Shown here: positions 36,644-46,318 of the stretch, piece by piece
How the letters are laid out: the number at the start of each line of letters is the position of its first letter
Numbering within the stretch: the stretch's first letter is position 1
Assembly (NCBI GenBank): GCA_019244185.1
Contig: JAFATB010000023.1
Span: forward strand, 96,001-160,000
Source of the DNA: Acidobacteriota bacterium
Lineage (GTDB): Bacteria > Acidobacteriota > Thermoanaerobaculia > Gp7-AA8
DNA length: 64,000 nucleotides
Reading direction: 5' to 3'
The notes under the pieces: generated by a model
What the model saw: only the letters and a program-made list of their open reading frames with translations
Databases searched by the model: none
What the model was told of the DNA's origin: nothing
Translations under genes and position numbers: made by a program

Positions 36644-38506
36644 TCACTTCCGCAAGTCCGCCAGCATCTTCGCGACGTCGGCATCGCGCGGATAGAGCTC
36701 CGCGGCGATCGTGAGGAGCTGGATCGCGAGCGGCTTCGACGGACCGGCGGCGAGGAACGTCGCGATGCGGACCGCGTTGGCGGGACCGAAGTAGCCGGTG
36801 GGATTGAGCGCCGCGGAACGGCGGATGGCCTGGTCGCCGCCGGCGCGATCGCCGGTGAGCATGAGCAGCACGCCGAGGAGACCGTTGGCTCCGTCGGAGT
36901 CGGGGTAGAGCGAGGCCGCGAGCTTCGCGTCGCGCAGCGCCGTGGCGATGTCGCCGCGCATGGCCGCCTGCTGGCCGGTGCCGACGAGCTCTCCGCTGAA
37001 GTTCGGAATGACGGTGGCGGTCGCGAGTGACGGCGCCTCCTTCGCGAGCGTGGCGACGTTGGCGATCGTCGACGTGCGCTTCCAGTCGGCGTTCCATTGC
37101 GCAAGGAGCGCCTTCAGCGGCGCGGCGAGCTTCGGCGCGGCGTCGTAGTCGTGGAAGAACGCGAACGCGCCGTCGCGGTGATAGCGATCGAGATCGGCGG
37201 CGGCGAGCTTCGACGCGACGTACGAGCCGGCGGCGACGAGCTGTTCGCGCGACGGCTGCTTGCCGTCGAGCGTTCCGCTGAGGGCCGCGAGCGCCGCGTC
37301 GACGATCTTGCGATCGTTCGTCGACGGCTTGCCGTAGCGGTCGTAGTACGCGAAGCCTTCGTTGAACGCGGCGATCACCGCCTTGCCCGCGGCCTGTTGC
37401 GCGGGCGTGCCGCGGAACGCGACGCGCTGCGACCAGTCGTCGCCGAGAAAGATTTGCGCGAGGCGGTCGGCGAACAGCTGCAGGTTCGCGCCCTGCATGT
37501 TCGACGCGAGCGCGATCGCGAACTGCTGCTTCGGAATGTAGATGAGCAGCGTGTTCGTCTCGGTCTGCGAGCCGTCGTGCGAGACCGCGAATCGTCCGGC
37601 GACCGGCGTGAGGTCCCAGCCGAGTCCCCAGTCGATCGTGGCGCCGCTCTTCGTCGTCTGCCGCGTCCACATGCGGTCGAGCGATGCGGACGAGAGCACT
37701 TTGCCCGCGGCGACGCCGCGCACGAACGTGAGCATGTCGAGGACGGTCGAGCGCGTGCCGCCGGCGGCGAAGCGGCTGCTGACGTCGACGTATTCCGCGT
37801 TGCGCAGCTTGCCGTCGCGCAGCTCGTAGCCGCGCACGCGATTCGGAATGAGCGCGCGCGGATCGTCCATGCGCGTCGCGCTCATGCCGAGCGGCCCCCA
37901 CACTTTCTCGCGCATCACCTCCGCGTACGGCTTGCCGGTCGCGCCTTCGATCGCGGCGCCGAGGAGCACGTAGCCGTAGCTCGAGTAACTGAAGCGCGTG
38001 CCCGGCTCGGCGACGAGGTCGAAGTCGCGGAAGACGGCCAGCGCCTCGGCGGTGTTCTTCGGCTCGCGGAAGTGCAGCTCCGCCGCGACGTCGCGATAGT
38101 GGCTGATGCCGCCGAGGTGCGCGAGGAGCTCGCGGAGCGTGATCGGCCACGGCTTGCGCGGAAACGACGGCACGTATTTCTGCACTTCGGCATCGAGGTC
38201 GATCGTGCCTTCTTCGGCGAGCTTCAGCACCGCGACGGCGGTCATCGGCTTCGTCACCGACGCGAGGCGATACGACGACTCGGCGGTCGCGGCGACGTGG
38301 TTCTCGAGATCGGCGAAGCCGAAGCCGTGACTCCAGACGAAGTCGCCTTTCATCACGGCGACCGAGAGTCCGGGCAGCGGCGCGGACGCGACCTGCTGCT
38401 GCGCGAACGCTTCGAACGCGCGGAGCTGCTCGTCGTACGGTTGCGCGTGCAGCGCCGCGGAAACGAGCAGACAGACGGAGAGTGCAAGCAGCCGAAGTGC
38501 TTTCAA
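36644..38506 (-). CDS. Serine hydrolase, beta-lactamase family, with C-terminal TPR-like region
   Basis: TTG start after AGGAGG; signal peptide; ASVTK (SxxK), LLAHLGG, YSSYGY, HDG. Confidence 0.88.
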   Translation of the reverse strand: MKALRLLALSVCLLVSAALHAQPYDEQLRAFEAFAQQQVASAPLPGLSVAVMKGDFVWSHGFGFADLENHVAATAESSYRLASVTKPMTAVAVLKLAEEGTIDLDAEVQKYVPSFPRKPWPITLRELLAHLGGISHYRDVAAELHFREPKNTAEALAVFRDFDLVAEPGTRFSYSSYGYVLLGAAIEGATGKPYAEVMREKVWGPLGMSATRMDDPRALIPNRVRGYELRDGKLRNAEYVDVSSRFAAGGTRSTVLDMLTFVRGVAAGKVLSSASLDRMWTRQTTKSGATIDWGLGWDLTPVAGRFAVSHDGSQTETNTLLIYIPKQQFAIALASNMQGANLQLFADRLAQIFLGDDWSQRVAFRGTPAQQAAGKAVIAAFNEGFAYYDRYGKPSTNDRKIVDAALAALSGTLDGKQPSREQLVAAGSYVASKLAAADLDRYHRDGAFAFFHDYDAAPKLAAPLKALLAQWNADWKRTSTIANVATLAKEAPSLATATVIPNFSGELVGTGQQAAMRGDIATALRDAKLAASLYPDSDGANGLLGVLLMLTGDRAGGDQAIRRSAALNPTGYFGPANAVRIATFLAAGPSKPLAIQLLTIAAELYPRDADVAKMLADLRK

Positions 38507-38535
38507 GAGAAGCCTCCTCGAAGGGTCGGTGTCGG

Positions 38536-39540
38536 TTAGCGAAAGAGGCCGCGGAAGAAGTTGCGCGTGGTGTTGCGCACCGTTTCGCGGAAGCGCGCGC
38601 GGAGCTCGTCGCGCATGCGGAAGAACTCTTCGTTCGATTGTTGCTGCTGCTGATGCAGTTGCGCGGCGGCGTACGGCGGCGGCGGGTATTCCTCGTCGGT
38701 CATCGCGGTGGTGAAGATCGCGCCGGCGACGAGCAGCGCGAGCGCGAGACGCGTGATGAGACGCGAGCGGCGGCGCTTCGGTGAGGCGAGGATGGCGTCG
38801 ATGCGCGGGCTGAGCGCACGTCCGTCCAGAATGCCGCTCGCGAGCGCGCGGCAGCGCGTGCCGGTCATCGTGCGCACGAACTCGAGGATGACGCTCGCGT
38901 ACGCGTGACGGTCGCCGGTGGTCGCTATGGCCTCGCGATCGGCCGTCTCTTCGGCGATGCGCTCGATGGCGGCGGAGGCGAGCCACGCGAGCGGATGGAA
39001 CCAGCAGAGCGCCGCGGCCGCGCGGCCGATGCAGCGCCAGAGCGGATCGCGCCGCGCGACGTGCGCGCGCTCGTGCGCGAGGATCGCGGCGAGCTTCTCG
39101 TCGCTCCACGCCGGCGCGTAGGGCGGCAGCAGGATCGCCGGCGAGACGAGACCCGCGGTCACCGGCACGCGCAGCGCGTCCGCGAGATACGCCTCGCCGA
39201 ACGGACGCGCATTGCGGCGCAGCCTCCGCGCGGCGTTCGCGGCGAACGCGAGGCGCGCGAAGAGCGTTAGCGCGATGGCGGCGTACACGAACGCGATCGT
39301 CGGAAACGAATCGTCGGTCGGCAGTTGCGGCTGCGAACGGAACGGCAATGTCGGATCGGCGCTGAGCAGCGGCAGGCGAAAGCCGATGTCGACTTTCGGC
39401 AGCAGCGTGACGAACGGCGTGACGAGCAGCGCGAGCGCCATGAGGCGCCACGCCGCTTCTTCGAGATCGCTGCGGAAGCGGCGCGCGACGAGAGCGACGG
39501 CGAGCAGCGGCAGCGCGACGAGTGTCGAGGCGACGATCAT
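38536..39540 (-). CDS. M56 family (BlaR1-like) membrane metallopeptidase
   Basis: PAILLP, AHERAH..RRD (HExxH), WFHPLAW, EETAD. Confidence 0.9.
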   Translation of the reverse strand: MIVASTLVALPLLAVALVARRFRSDLEEAAWRLMALALLVTPFVTLLPKVDIGFRLPLLSADPTLPFRSQPQLPTDDSFPTIAFVYAAIALTLFARLAFAANAARRLRRNARPFGEAYLADALRVPVTAGLVSPAILLPPYAPAWSDEKLAAILAHERAHVARRDPLWRCIGRAAAALCWFHPLAWLASAAIERIAEETADREAIATTGDRHAYASVILEFVRTMTGTRCRALASGILDGRALSPRIDAILASPKRRRSRLITRLALALLVAGAIFTTAMTDEEYPPPPYAAAQLHQQQQQSNEEFFRMRDELRARFRETVRNTTRNFFRGLFR

Positions 39541-39914
39541 TTCTTTTCCTTTCGCGCGTCGGCGCGCACTTTCTTGACCAGCGCGTCGAGCTCCTGCTGA
39601 TCGACCAGCTCGTCGTTGACGATGCCAACGAGCAGCGCTTCGACGGAGCCGCCGAGGAAGCGGTCGAGGATGTCGCGGATGCCGCTCATGGCGACGCGCT
39701 GCGGCTCGAGCACCGCGCGATACACGTTCGTGCGTCCCTCGGCATCGTGCGCGACGAATCCCTTCTTCTCCATCCGCCCGAGGATCGTACGGACCGTCGA
39801 GTCCTTGAGTTTCTTGCGGCCGGGAAGGGCGCGGGTGATGTCGTCGACGGTGGAGGGGCCGCGACGCCAGAGGACGTTGATGACTTTCGTTTCGAGCTCG
39901 CTGAGATCGACCAT
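39537..39914 (-). CDS. BlaI/MecI/CopY family repressor
   Basis: LSELETKVINVLW, STVRTILGRMEKKGFV, FLGGS. Confidence 0.93.
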   Translation of the reverse strand: MVDLSELETKVINVLWRRGPSTVDDITRALPGRKKLKDSTVRTILGRMEKKGFVAHDAEGRTNVYRAVLEPQRVAMSGIRDILDRFLGGSVEALLVGIVNDELVDQQELDALVKKVRADARKEKK

Positions 39915-39916
39915 GC

Positions 39917-39946
39917 GCTACACAATGTAGCGCTACAAGTTGTCGC
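39917..39946. promoter_or_regulatory. Tandem BlaI-type operators
   Basis: GCTACAcaaTGTAGC followed by GCTACAagtTGTCGC immediately upstream of the blaI-like start; TACA/TGTA dyads are the known BlaI/MecI/CopY motif. Confidence 0.8.
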
Positions 39947-40049
39947 GGTCAAGTGGGGGCGATGGATGCGCGACCGTTCGCCGCGCCGGATCGACCGTTC
40001 GCAAACGCTTCGTTGTCAGCCATGAGGCGTGCGGCGGACACTCCCGCGC

Positions 40050-41150
40050 ATGGCGAAATCACGCATCGACTCGCTCGATGCGGTGCGCGGTCTGGTAATG
40101 ATCCTCATGGCGATCGACCACGTTCGCGTATACGCGGGCGTGCCGGCCGGCGGACCGACGGCGGGCATTTTCTTCACGCGCTGGATCACGCATTTCGTCG
40201 CGCCGACGTTCGTCTTCTTCGCCGGAACGGCGGCCTGGCTGCACGGGCGCAAGGTCGCGGACCTCTCCCGTTTTCTCGTCATCCGCGGCTTGTGGCTGAT
40301 CGCGCTCGAGCTCACCGTCATCCGCATTTTCTGGACGTTCAACTTCGATTTCGCGCACTACGTTCTCGCGGGGGTGATCTGGGCCATCGGCTGGTCGATG
40401 ATCGTCCTCGCCGCGGCGCGATATCTGCCGACGAAGATCGTGGCGGTGCTCGCGGTCGCGATCATCGCGTTGCACAACCTCATTCCGCCGATGCGCGATC
40501 CGAGTGCGCTGCTGCGGATCCTCTACTACGGCGGCGGCATCGGACCGCTGGCGATCCTCTACGTGATCGTGCCGTGGGCGGGCGTGATGATGGCGGGATA
40601 CGCGTTCGGCTCGGTCATGGAACTGCCGCCCGAGCGCCGGCGCGCGATCGCGTTCCGCATCGGCTCGCTGGCCACGGCGCTGTTCGTGGTGCTGCGCTGG
40701 CTCGACGTCTACGGCGATCCCCGTCCGTGGCGCGCGGGACACCTCGGCCCGGCGTTCGTGCGCTTCCTCAACACGACGAAGTACCCGGCGTCGCTGCTGT
40801 TCCTGCTGATGACGCTCGGGCCGATCCTGCTGCTGCTGGCGTGGGCGGAGTCGTGGGACAGCAAGGTGCTGACGACGTTCGGCCGCGTGCCGATGTTCTA
40901 TTACCTCCTGCACATTCCGCTGATCCACGCCGCGGCGTGCATCGTCTCGCTGATCCGCGAGCGACGCGTCGATCCGTGGCTCTTCGGAAATCATCCGCTC
41001 GATCCGCCGCCGGTGCCGCCCGGTTATCAGTGGTCGCTCGGCCTGCTCTATCTGGTCTGGGCGATCTGCGTCGCGCTGCTGTTCGTGCCGTGCCGCTGGT
41101 ACGCGCGCGTCCGCGCGACGTCGTCCTCGAAGTGGCTCCGGTATCTTTGA
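40050..41150 (+). CDS. DUF1624 / HGSNAT-like membrane acyltransferase
   Basis: RIDSLDAVRGLVMILMAIDH, TRWITHFVAPTF, KYPASL, FGRVPMFYYLLH. Confidence 0.85.
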   Translation: MAKSRIDSLDAVRGLVMILMAIDHVRVYAGVPAGGPTAGIFFTRWITHFVAPTFVFFAGTAAWLHGRKVADLSRFLVIRGLWLIALELTVIRIFWTFNFDFAHYVLAGVIWAIGWSMIVLAAARYLPTKIVAVLAVAIIALHNLIPPMRDPSALLRILYYGGGIGPLAILYVIVPWAGVMMAGYAFGSVMELPPERRRAIAFRIGSLATALFVVLRWLDVYGDPRPWRAGHLGPAFVRFLNTTKYPASLLFLLMTLGPILLLLAWAESWDSKVLTTFGRVPMFYYLLHIPLIHAAACIVSLIRERRVDPWLFGNHPLDPPPVPPGYQWSLGLLYLVWAICVALLFVPCRWYARVRATSSSKWLRYL

Positions 41151-41153
41151 TCG

Positions 41154-42212
41154 ATGCGGGCTCGCCCCTGGATGTTCGTGTCGGCGGCGTGGATCGGTCC
41201 GGCGCTCCTGGGCGCGATCAACGAGATCGCGCAGCATCGCCTCAGCGGCGAGCCGATCGACGTGCGCGCGGTGTTGTTCACGAGCCTCGACTGGCTGCTC
41301 TACGCGTTCCTGACGCCGTTCGTCTTCGCCCTCGCGGCGCGCTGGCCGCTGGTGCGCCCGCACCTCGCGACGCGCGCGCTGCTGCATCTCGGTTTCGCGC
41401 TGCTCTTCTGCGCGTTGTGGGCGGGCGCGGGCACGTTGCTGAAGATGACGTTGCAGCCGGACGCGTTGTGGGGAACGCCGGCGGTGCACTTCACGCGCTG
41501 GCTCTTCATCACCCTTCCGTTCGGCGTCGCGGTGTATCTCGCGGTGGTGGGCATCGAGCACGCGATCCGCTACTTCGTGGCGACGGCGCGGCTCTCGGAG
41601 CAACTCTCGAGCGCGCGGCTCGCGGCGCTGCAGGCGCGCGTGAATCCGCACTTTCTCTTCAACACGCTGAACACGATCGGCGTGCTGGTGCGCGACGGCG
41701 ATCAACCGGCGGCGACGCGCATCCTCGAGCAGTTCAGCGACGTGATGCGCCGGACGCTGCGCCGCCGCGCGCACGAGGTGCTGCTCGGCGACGAGCTGGA
41801 GCTCGTGCATCAATACCTCGCCATCGAGCAGGCGCGCTTCGCGGACCGCCTGCGCGCGGAGTTCGAAATCGACGATGCGGCGCTCTCGGCCGCGGTGCCG
41901 AGCTTCGCCGTCCAGCAGCTCGTCGAGAACGCGATCCGCCACGGCATCGCGAAGAGTCCCGAAGGCGGAACGGTGCGCGTGCATGCGCGGCGGGAACGGG
42001 ACATCGTGATCATCGAGGTCATCGACGACGGCGCGGGGCTCACCGGCGATCCGTACGTCGCGGGACACGCGATCGAAAACACGCGCGAGCGCCTGCGCGC
42101 GCTGCACGGCGACCGCGCCTCGCTCGTCATCGCGCCGCATCCGCCGCGCGGCACGATCGCGTCGATGCGCCTGCCGTATCGCGAAGTGGTGCTGGAGGCG
42201 GACGTTGGCTGA
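41154..42212 (+). CDS. LytS-type sensor histidine kinase
   Basis: ARVNPHFLFNTLN, QQLVENAIRHG, DDGAG; N-terminal TMs. Confidence 0.93.
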   Translation: MRARPWMFVSAAWIGPALLGAINEIAQHRLSGEPIDVRAVLFTSLDWLLYAFLTPFVFALAARWPLVRPHLATRALLHLGFALLFCALWAGAGTLLKMTLQPDALWGTPAVHFTRWLFITLPFGVAVYLAVVGIEHAIRYFVATARLSEQLSSARLAALQARVNPHFLFNTLNTIGVLVRDGDQPAATRILEQFSDVMRRTLRRRAHEVLLGDELELVHQYLAIEQARFADRLRAEFEIDDAALSAAVPSFAVQQLVENAIRHGIAKSPEGGTVRVHARRERDIVIIEVIDDGAGLTGDPYVAGHAIENTRERLRALHGDRASLVIAPHPPRGTIASMRLPYREVVLEADVG

Positions 42213-42918
42213 GCGCCGCGTGCTCATCGCCGACGACGAGCCGGCGGCGCGGCGCGGCGTCCGCCAGCTCCTCGGTCGCTACGAGCGTTTCGTCGTCGCG
42301 GGCGAATGCCGCAACGGCGCCGAGGTGCTGGCCGCGCTCGACGCGGTGCAGCCGGACGTCATCTTTCTCGACGTGCAGATGCCGGGTATCGATGCGTTCG
42401 AGGTGATCCGCCGCCGCACGCCGGCACGGATGCCGATCGTGGTCTTCCTCACGGCGTACGACGACTATGCGATCCGCGCGTTCGAGGTGCAGGCGCTCGA
42501 CTATCTCGTCAAGCCGGTGTCCGATGCGCGCTTCGCGGTGACGATGGAGCGCGTCGCGCGCCAGCTCGACGCGTCGCCGGCGCAGCCGCCCGGCTTCGTC
42601 ATCACGACGGCGAGCGGCGTGACGGTGCTGCCGCTGCACGACATCGACTGGATCGAAGCGGCCGGCACGTACGCGCGGCTCTGGAGCGGCCGGCGCAGCT
42701 ATCTGATCCGGCAATCGCTGCGCGACCTCGAAGGACGTCTCCGCGCGCACGGCTTCGCACGCGCGCACCGGCGCGCGCTGGTCTGCCTCGACCGCATTCG
42801 CGCGCTCACCGCGCGCACGGCGGTGCTGGCGTCAGGCGCGGCGATCGAGGTCTCGCGCCGGCAGCGCGCGGCGTTCGCCGAGGCGCTGCGCGCGCGCGGC
42901 AACGTTGCGCGTCGGTGA
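42205..42918 (+). CDS. LytTR family response regulator
   Basis: ADDEP, FLDVQMP, TAYDDYAIRAFEV.ALDYLVKP, FARAHR. Confidence 0.93.
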   Translation: MAERRVLIADDEPAARRGVRQLLGRYERFVVAGECRNGAEVLAALDAVQPDVIFLDVQMPGIDAFEVIRRRTPARMPIVVFLTAYDDYAIRAFEVQALDYLVKPVSDARFAVTMERVARQLDASPAQPPGFVITTASGVTVLPLHDIDWIEAAGTYARLWSGRRSYLIRQSLRDLEGRLRAHGFARAHRRALVCLDRIRALTARTAVLASGAAIEVSRRQRAAFAEALRARGNVARR

Positions 42919-42963
42919 CGCCGGAATCGCTCGCGTGCACTGCGTGCGATACGATCCCGCGCC

Positions 42964-43590
42964 GTGCGCCGCCTGATTCCTCTTCTCCTCGTGCTGCTCG
43001 CTGCCTGTTCCGCGCCCTCCCCGCAGCCGGCGGTCATGGCGCCGCCGCCCGCCGCGCCCGCGCCGCCGCCATTCGAGGAGCACGTGATCGGCAGCGTGCG
43101 CGTCACCGCGTCGGCGCTCAACGTGCGGCGCGAGGCGAACGTCGACGCCGACGTCATCGTGCAGAAGAAGAAAGGCGACGCGCTCGACGTCCTCGCGAGC
43201 GACGAGAGCTGGACGAAGGTGCGGCTCGAGGACGGTACCGTCGGCTGGGTGGCGTCGCGCTTCGTGAGCTCGGGGAGCGTGGCGACGAAGACGAAAAGCG
43301 CGTCCGGCGCGAGCAAGCGCAAGAGCGGGTGCCCCGCGGATTCCGACTACGCGTTCGTGCAGGCGCCGGTGCTCGCGTTTGCCGAACATGGCGCGCACGG
43401 ACTCGTGGTTGTCGAGGCGAACGTGAACGCGAGCGGCAAAGTGACGTCGACGAAGATCGTCTCGAACTCGACCGGCGACGATGCGCTCGGCCACATGGCC
43501 GAGCGCGAGATCGCCACCGCGAAGTTCTCGCCGCCGATCCGCAACTGCGTCGCGCGCCGTTTCATCTTCACGTACCGGCGCACGTTCTGA
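42964..43590 (+). CDS. Lipoprotein with SH3b and TonB C-terminal-like domains
   Basis: LLAAC lipobox, Pro-rich linker, ALNVRR...WTKV...GWV (SH3b), GLVVVEANVNASGKV (TonB_C-like). Confidence 0.72.
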   Translation: MRRLIPLLLVLLAACSAPSPQPAVMAPPPAAPAPPPFEEHVIGSVRVTASALNVRREANVDADVIVQKKKGDALDVLASDESWTKVRLEDGTVGWVASRFVSSGSVATKTKSASGASKRKSGCPADSDYAFVQAPVLAFAEHGAHGLVVVEANVNASGKVTSTKIVSNSTGDDALGHMAEREIATAKFSPPIRNCVARRFIFTYRRTF

Positions 43591-43597
43591 CGCGAAC

Positions 43598-45070
43598 CTA
43601 TTCGCGCTCGATGGTGATGTTGCCGTTCGAGCTGCGCAGATCGAGGCGGCAGCCGCCGCGGCCGATCGTGCCGACGAGGCTGTCTTCGCGCGCCGCGTTC
43701 GTCGTCACCGGGACGGCGCTGGTGATGTGGCCGAACGTCGTGCGCGCGTTGAGGTCGTAGCCGACCTCGCCCGGCACCGCGACCTTGATCGAGCTGAAGC
43801 TCGTCTCGAGCGAGACCGGATGGCAGCCGCCGCGCAGGCCGCGCACGGAGATCGCGCCGTTCGAGTTGTCGACGTCGACCGCGCCGCCGATGCCGTCGAG
43901 GAACACCGAGGCGAACGAGGTCGAGACCTTCGCGCCGCCGGAGATCTCCTGCAGCGTCACGGTGCCGTTCGCGTTGCGCACGTCGGCCGAGCCGCGCACG
44001 CGCTCGGCGTGCACGCTGCCGAAGCGGTTCTCGGCGTTGAAGGTGCCGTTGATGTCGCTCGCCTTCACGTTGCCGTTCGCGTCGGTGATCGTCGCGGCGC
44101 CGGCGTTCTGCACGGTGATGCTGCCGAAGGTCGTGTCGATGCGCACGCTGCCGCCGATCGTCTTCGCATCGACCGACGCGTTCTCGCCGTTGACCGTGAG
44201 GCTGCCGCGCACGGAGTCGACCTTCGCGGTGCCGAACGTGTCGCGCAGCGTGGCCGAGCCGGTGACGTTCGACAGGTCGATGCGGCCGTTGACGGACGTG
44301 ACGTCGGCGTTGCCGCTGACCGTCGACGCGCGCACGTTGCCGAACGACGTCGACGCTTTCAGCCCGCCGGTGACGTCCATCGCCTCGATGTTGCCGTTCG
44401 CGTTCGTGATCGTCGCGCCGCGCTGCACGTCGGAGACGACGATGTTGCCGAAGCGATTCGACACGCTCAGCGCGCCGTCGACGGTGCGCACGGTGACCGA
44501 GCCGTTGCTGTTCGTCACAGCGAGCTCGCCGTGCGTGTCGGTGGCCTCGATCGCGCCGAAGGAGTTCGTCAGCGTCAGCGGTCCGCGCGAGTCGTCGACG
44601 CGGATCGAGCCCTGGCTGTTGCCGAGCGTGCTGGTCGCGGCGAGGCCGCGCGCGTCGATGTTGCCGAAGCGGTTCTGCGCGCGCAGCGGCGCGTTGGCGG
44701 GCAGCGTCACGCTCATGTCCACCGAATACGAGATGTTGCCGTGGAAATTGTGCAGCTCCGGGAACTCGGTGCGGATCGAGACGCCGCTCGCGCTCGAGCC
44801 GGCGACGATGTGAATCCGTTTGCCGATCTCGGGATCGGACGAGCGGATCGTGGCGCGCACCTCGACGGTCGCCTCGCTGTGCGTGCGCACCGTGAGCGTG
44901 CCGAAGCGGTGATCGACGTCGACGCGTCCGCCGGTGAATGGAAAGTCCTTGCCGTACTTCAGCTCGAAGCGGCCTTCGTCGAGATCGTCCGCCGCGCGGA
45001 GCGGCGCGGCCGCGATGAAGAGGAGAAGCAGCGCGGCGAGCGCGCGCAGTGCATTACTGGTTCGAAACAT
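43598..45070 (-). CDS. DUF4097 family beta-strand repeat protein
   Basis: Signal peptide; many N/T-x-F/N-G repeats (NRFGNI, NSNGSV, TSFGNV, TTFGSI). Confidence 0.88.
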   Translation of the reverse strand: MFRTSNALRALAALLLLFIAAAPLRAADDLDEGRFELKYGKDFPFTGGRVDVDHRFGTLTVRTHSEATVEVRATIRSSDPEIGKRIHIVAGSSASGVSIRTEFPELHNFHGNISYSVDMSVTLPANAPLRAQNRFGNIDARGLAATSTLGNSQGSIRVDDSRGPLTLTNSFGAIEATDTHGELAVTNSNGSVTVRTVDGALSVSNRFGNIVVSDVQRGATITNANGNIEAMDVTGGLKASTSFGNVRASTVSGNADVTSVNGRIDLSNVTGSATLRDTFGTAKVDSVRGSLTVNGENASVDAKTIGGSVRIDTTFGSITVQNAGAATITDANGNVKASDINGTFNAENRFGSVHAERVRGSADVRNANGTVTLQEISGGAKVSTSFASVFLDGIGGAVDVDNSNGAISVRGLRGGCHPVSLETSFSSIKVAVPGEVGYDLNARTTFGHITSAVPVTTNAAREDSLVGTIGRGGCRLDLRSSNGNITIERE

Positions 45071-45686
45071 GGTTGTCCTCCCGCAGCACGTCCTGGAGCG
45101 TCTGCTGTTTTTCCGAATACATGGCCAGCAGCTGCTTGCGGAGATGCGCGTTCTGTCGGTTGCGGTCGATGTTGGCCTGGCATTCGGCGATGGCTTCATC
45201 GAGCAGCATCAGTTTTTCCTTGTACGAGACGATGAGGGGCGACTCGGCCTCTTCGAGCTTCGGCGCGGCGAGGCGTTCGAGCCGGTGGATGGCGGCGACG
45301 TGCGTGTGCTCGGCGCGTTCGACCTCGTCCATCGCCTCGCTGCGAAGGATGGCGTTGTCGAACGAGGTCTCGTGCACCTGCACGCGCAGCGCGTAGTACA
45401 GCGGTCCGCCGAGCACGGCGAGCAGCGCGGCGGCGGCGGCGTAGCGTCGCACGCGGCCGAGGGGCGAGCGCCGGCGCTCGTCCCGCAGCGCGCGCTCGAT
45501 GCGCGGCCAGAGCAGATCGTTGTCCCAAGTCGCGTGGAGCGACGCCGCGGTGGTGGAGAGCTCGTTCCACTCCCGCAGTTTCTCCGCGCACGCGGGGCAG
45601 TCGTTCGCGTGCCGCGCCGCCGTCTCCATGGCGAGGGGCGAGGCGTCGAACAGCAGGTCGTCGAGCTGCGAGCAGTTGATGTTCAT
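45054..45686 (-). CDS. Zinc-finger anti-sigma factor
   Basis: C...HANDCPAC (HxxxCxxC), one TM, extracytoplasmic helical domain; coupled to the sigma gene. Confidence 0.8.
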   Translation of the reverse strand: MNINCSQLDDLLFDASPLAMETAARHANDCPACAEKLREWNELSTTAASLHATWDNDLLWPRIERALRDERRRSPLGRVRRYAAAAALLAVLGGPLYYALRVQVHETSFDNAILRSEAMDEVERAEHTHVAAIHRLERLAAPKLEEAESPLIVSYKEKLMLLDEAIAECQANIDRNRQNAHLRKQLLAMYSEKQQTLQDVLREDNHVSNQ

Positions 45687-46270
45687 TGGGGTCGCTTCCA
45701 CTTCTCCTGGAGCTCTTTCTTCGTGGCGAAGAGAATCCATTTCGAGTTGCCTTCGGTGATGCCGAGGATGTGGCCGATCTCGGCGTGGCTCAGCCCTTCG
45801 ATCTCGAAGAGCGTGAAGACGCTGCGGCGCTGCTCCGGCAGCTCGCGCAGAAGCTTGAGCAGCGTGATGCGTTTCGCGTCGTCGACGGTGAGCGCGGTGC
45901 GCGTGAGCGATTCGACTTCTTCTTCGAGCGGCAGGTCGTCGAGGCGGCGCTTCCGCTTGCGCAGCACGTCGTAGCAGGTGTTGACGAGGATGCGGTACAG
46001 CCACGTGGCGAACGAGGCCTCGCCGGTATACGTTTTCGCCGCGCGGTGCACTTTGAGAAACGTCTCCTGCACCGCATCCTCGGCATCGGAGACGTTGCCG
46101 AGGTGGTTCCAGGCGATGCTCTTCATCTTGTCGCCGAAGCGGTGGTAGAGGTCCTCGAAGACGCGCGTGTCGCCGGCGGCGCACGCAGCCGCGAGGCGCT
46201 GGTCGTCCGCGTTCGCGGAGGAGCCCGCGGGTGGGACGGAGACGAAGCCGGTCATTGCCGCCTGAAGCAT
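45683..46270 (-). CDS. ECF RNA polymerase sigma factor
   Basis: DAEDAVQETFLK, FATWLYRI, LPEQRRSVF.L..IEGLSHAEIG. Confidence 0.95.
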   Translation of the reverse strand: MLQAAMTGFVSVPPAGSSANADDQRLAAACAAGDTRVFEDLYHRFGDKMKSIAWNHLGNVSDAEDAVQETFLKVHRAAKTYTGEASFATWLYRILVNTCYDVLRKRKRRLDDLPLEEEVESLTRTALTVDDAKRITLLKLLRELPEQRRSVFTLFEIEGLSHAEIGHILGITEGNSKWILFATKKELQEKWKRPQ

Positions 46271-46318
46271 GTCTGGTCGAGTAGACGTGCCGTCCGGCGA
46301 AACGTTAGAAGATGGCGC

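Noticed and set aside
43598-46270. ECF sigma / anti-sigma / DUF4097 operon as a novel system
   Set aside because: A commonly seen arrangement; the repeats are protein-level beta-strand repeats.
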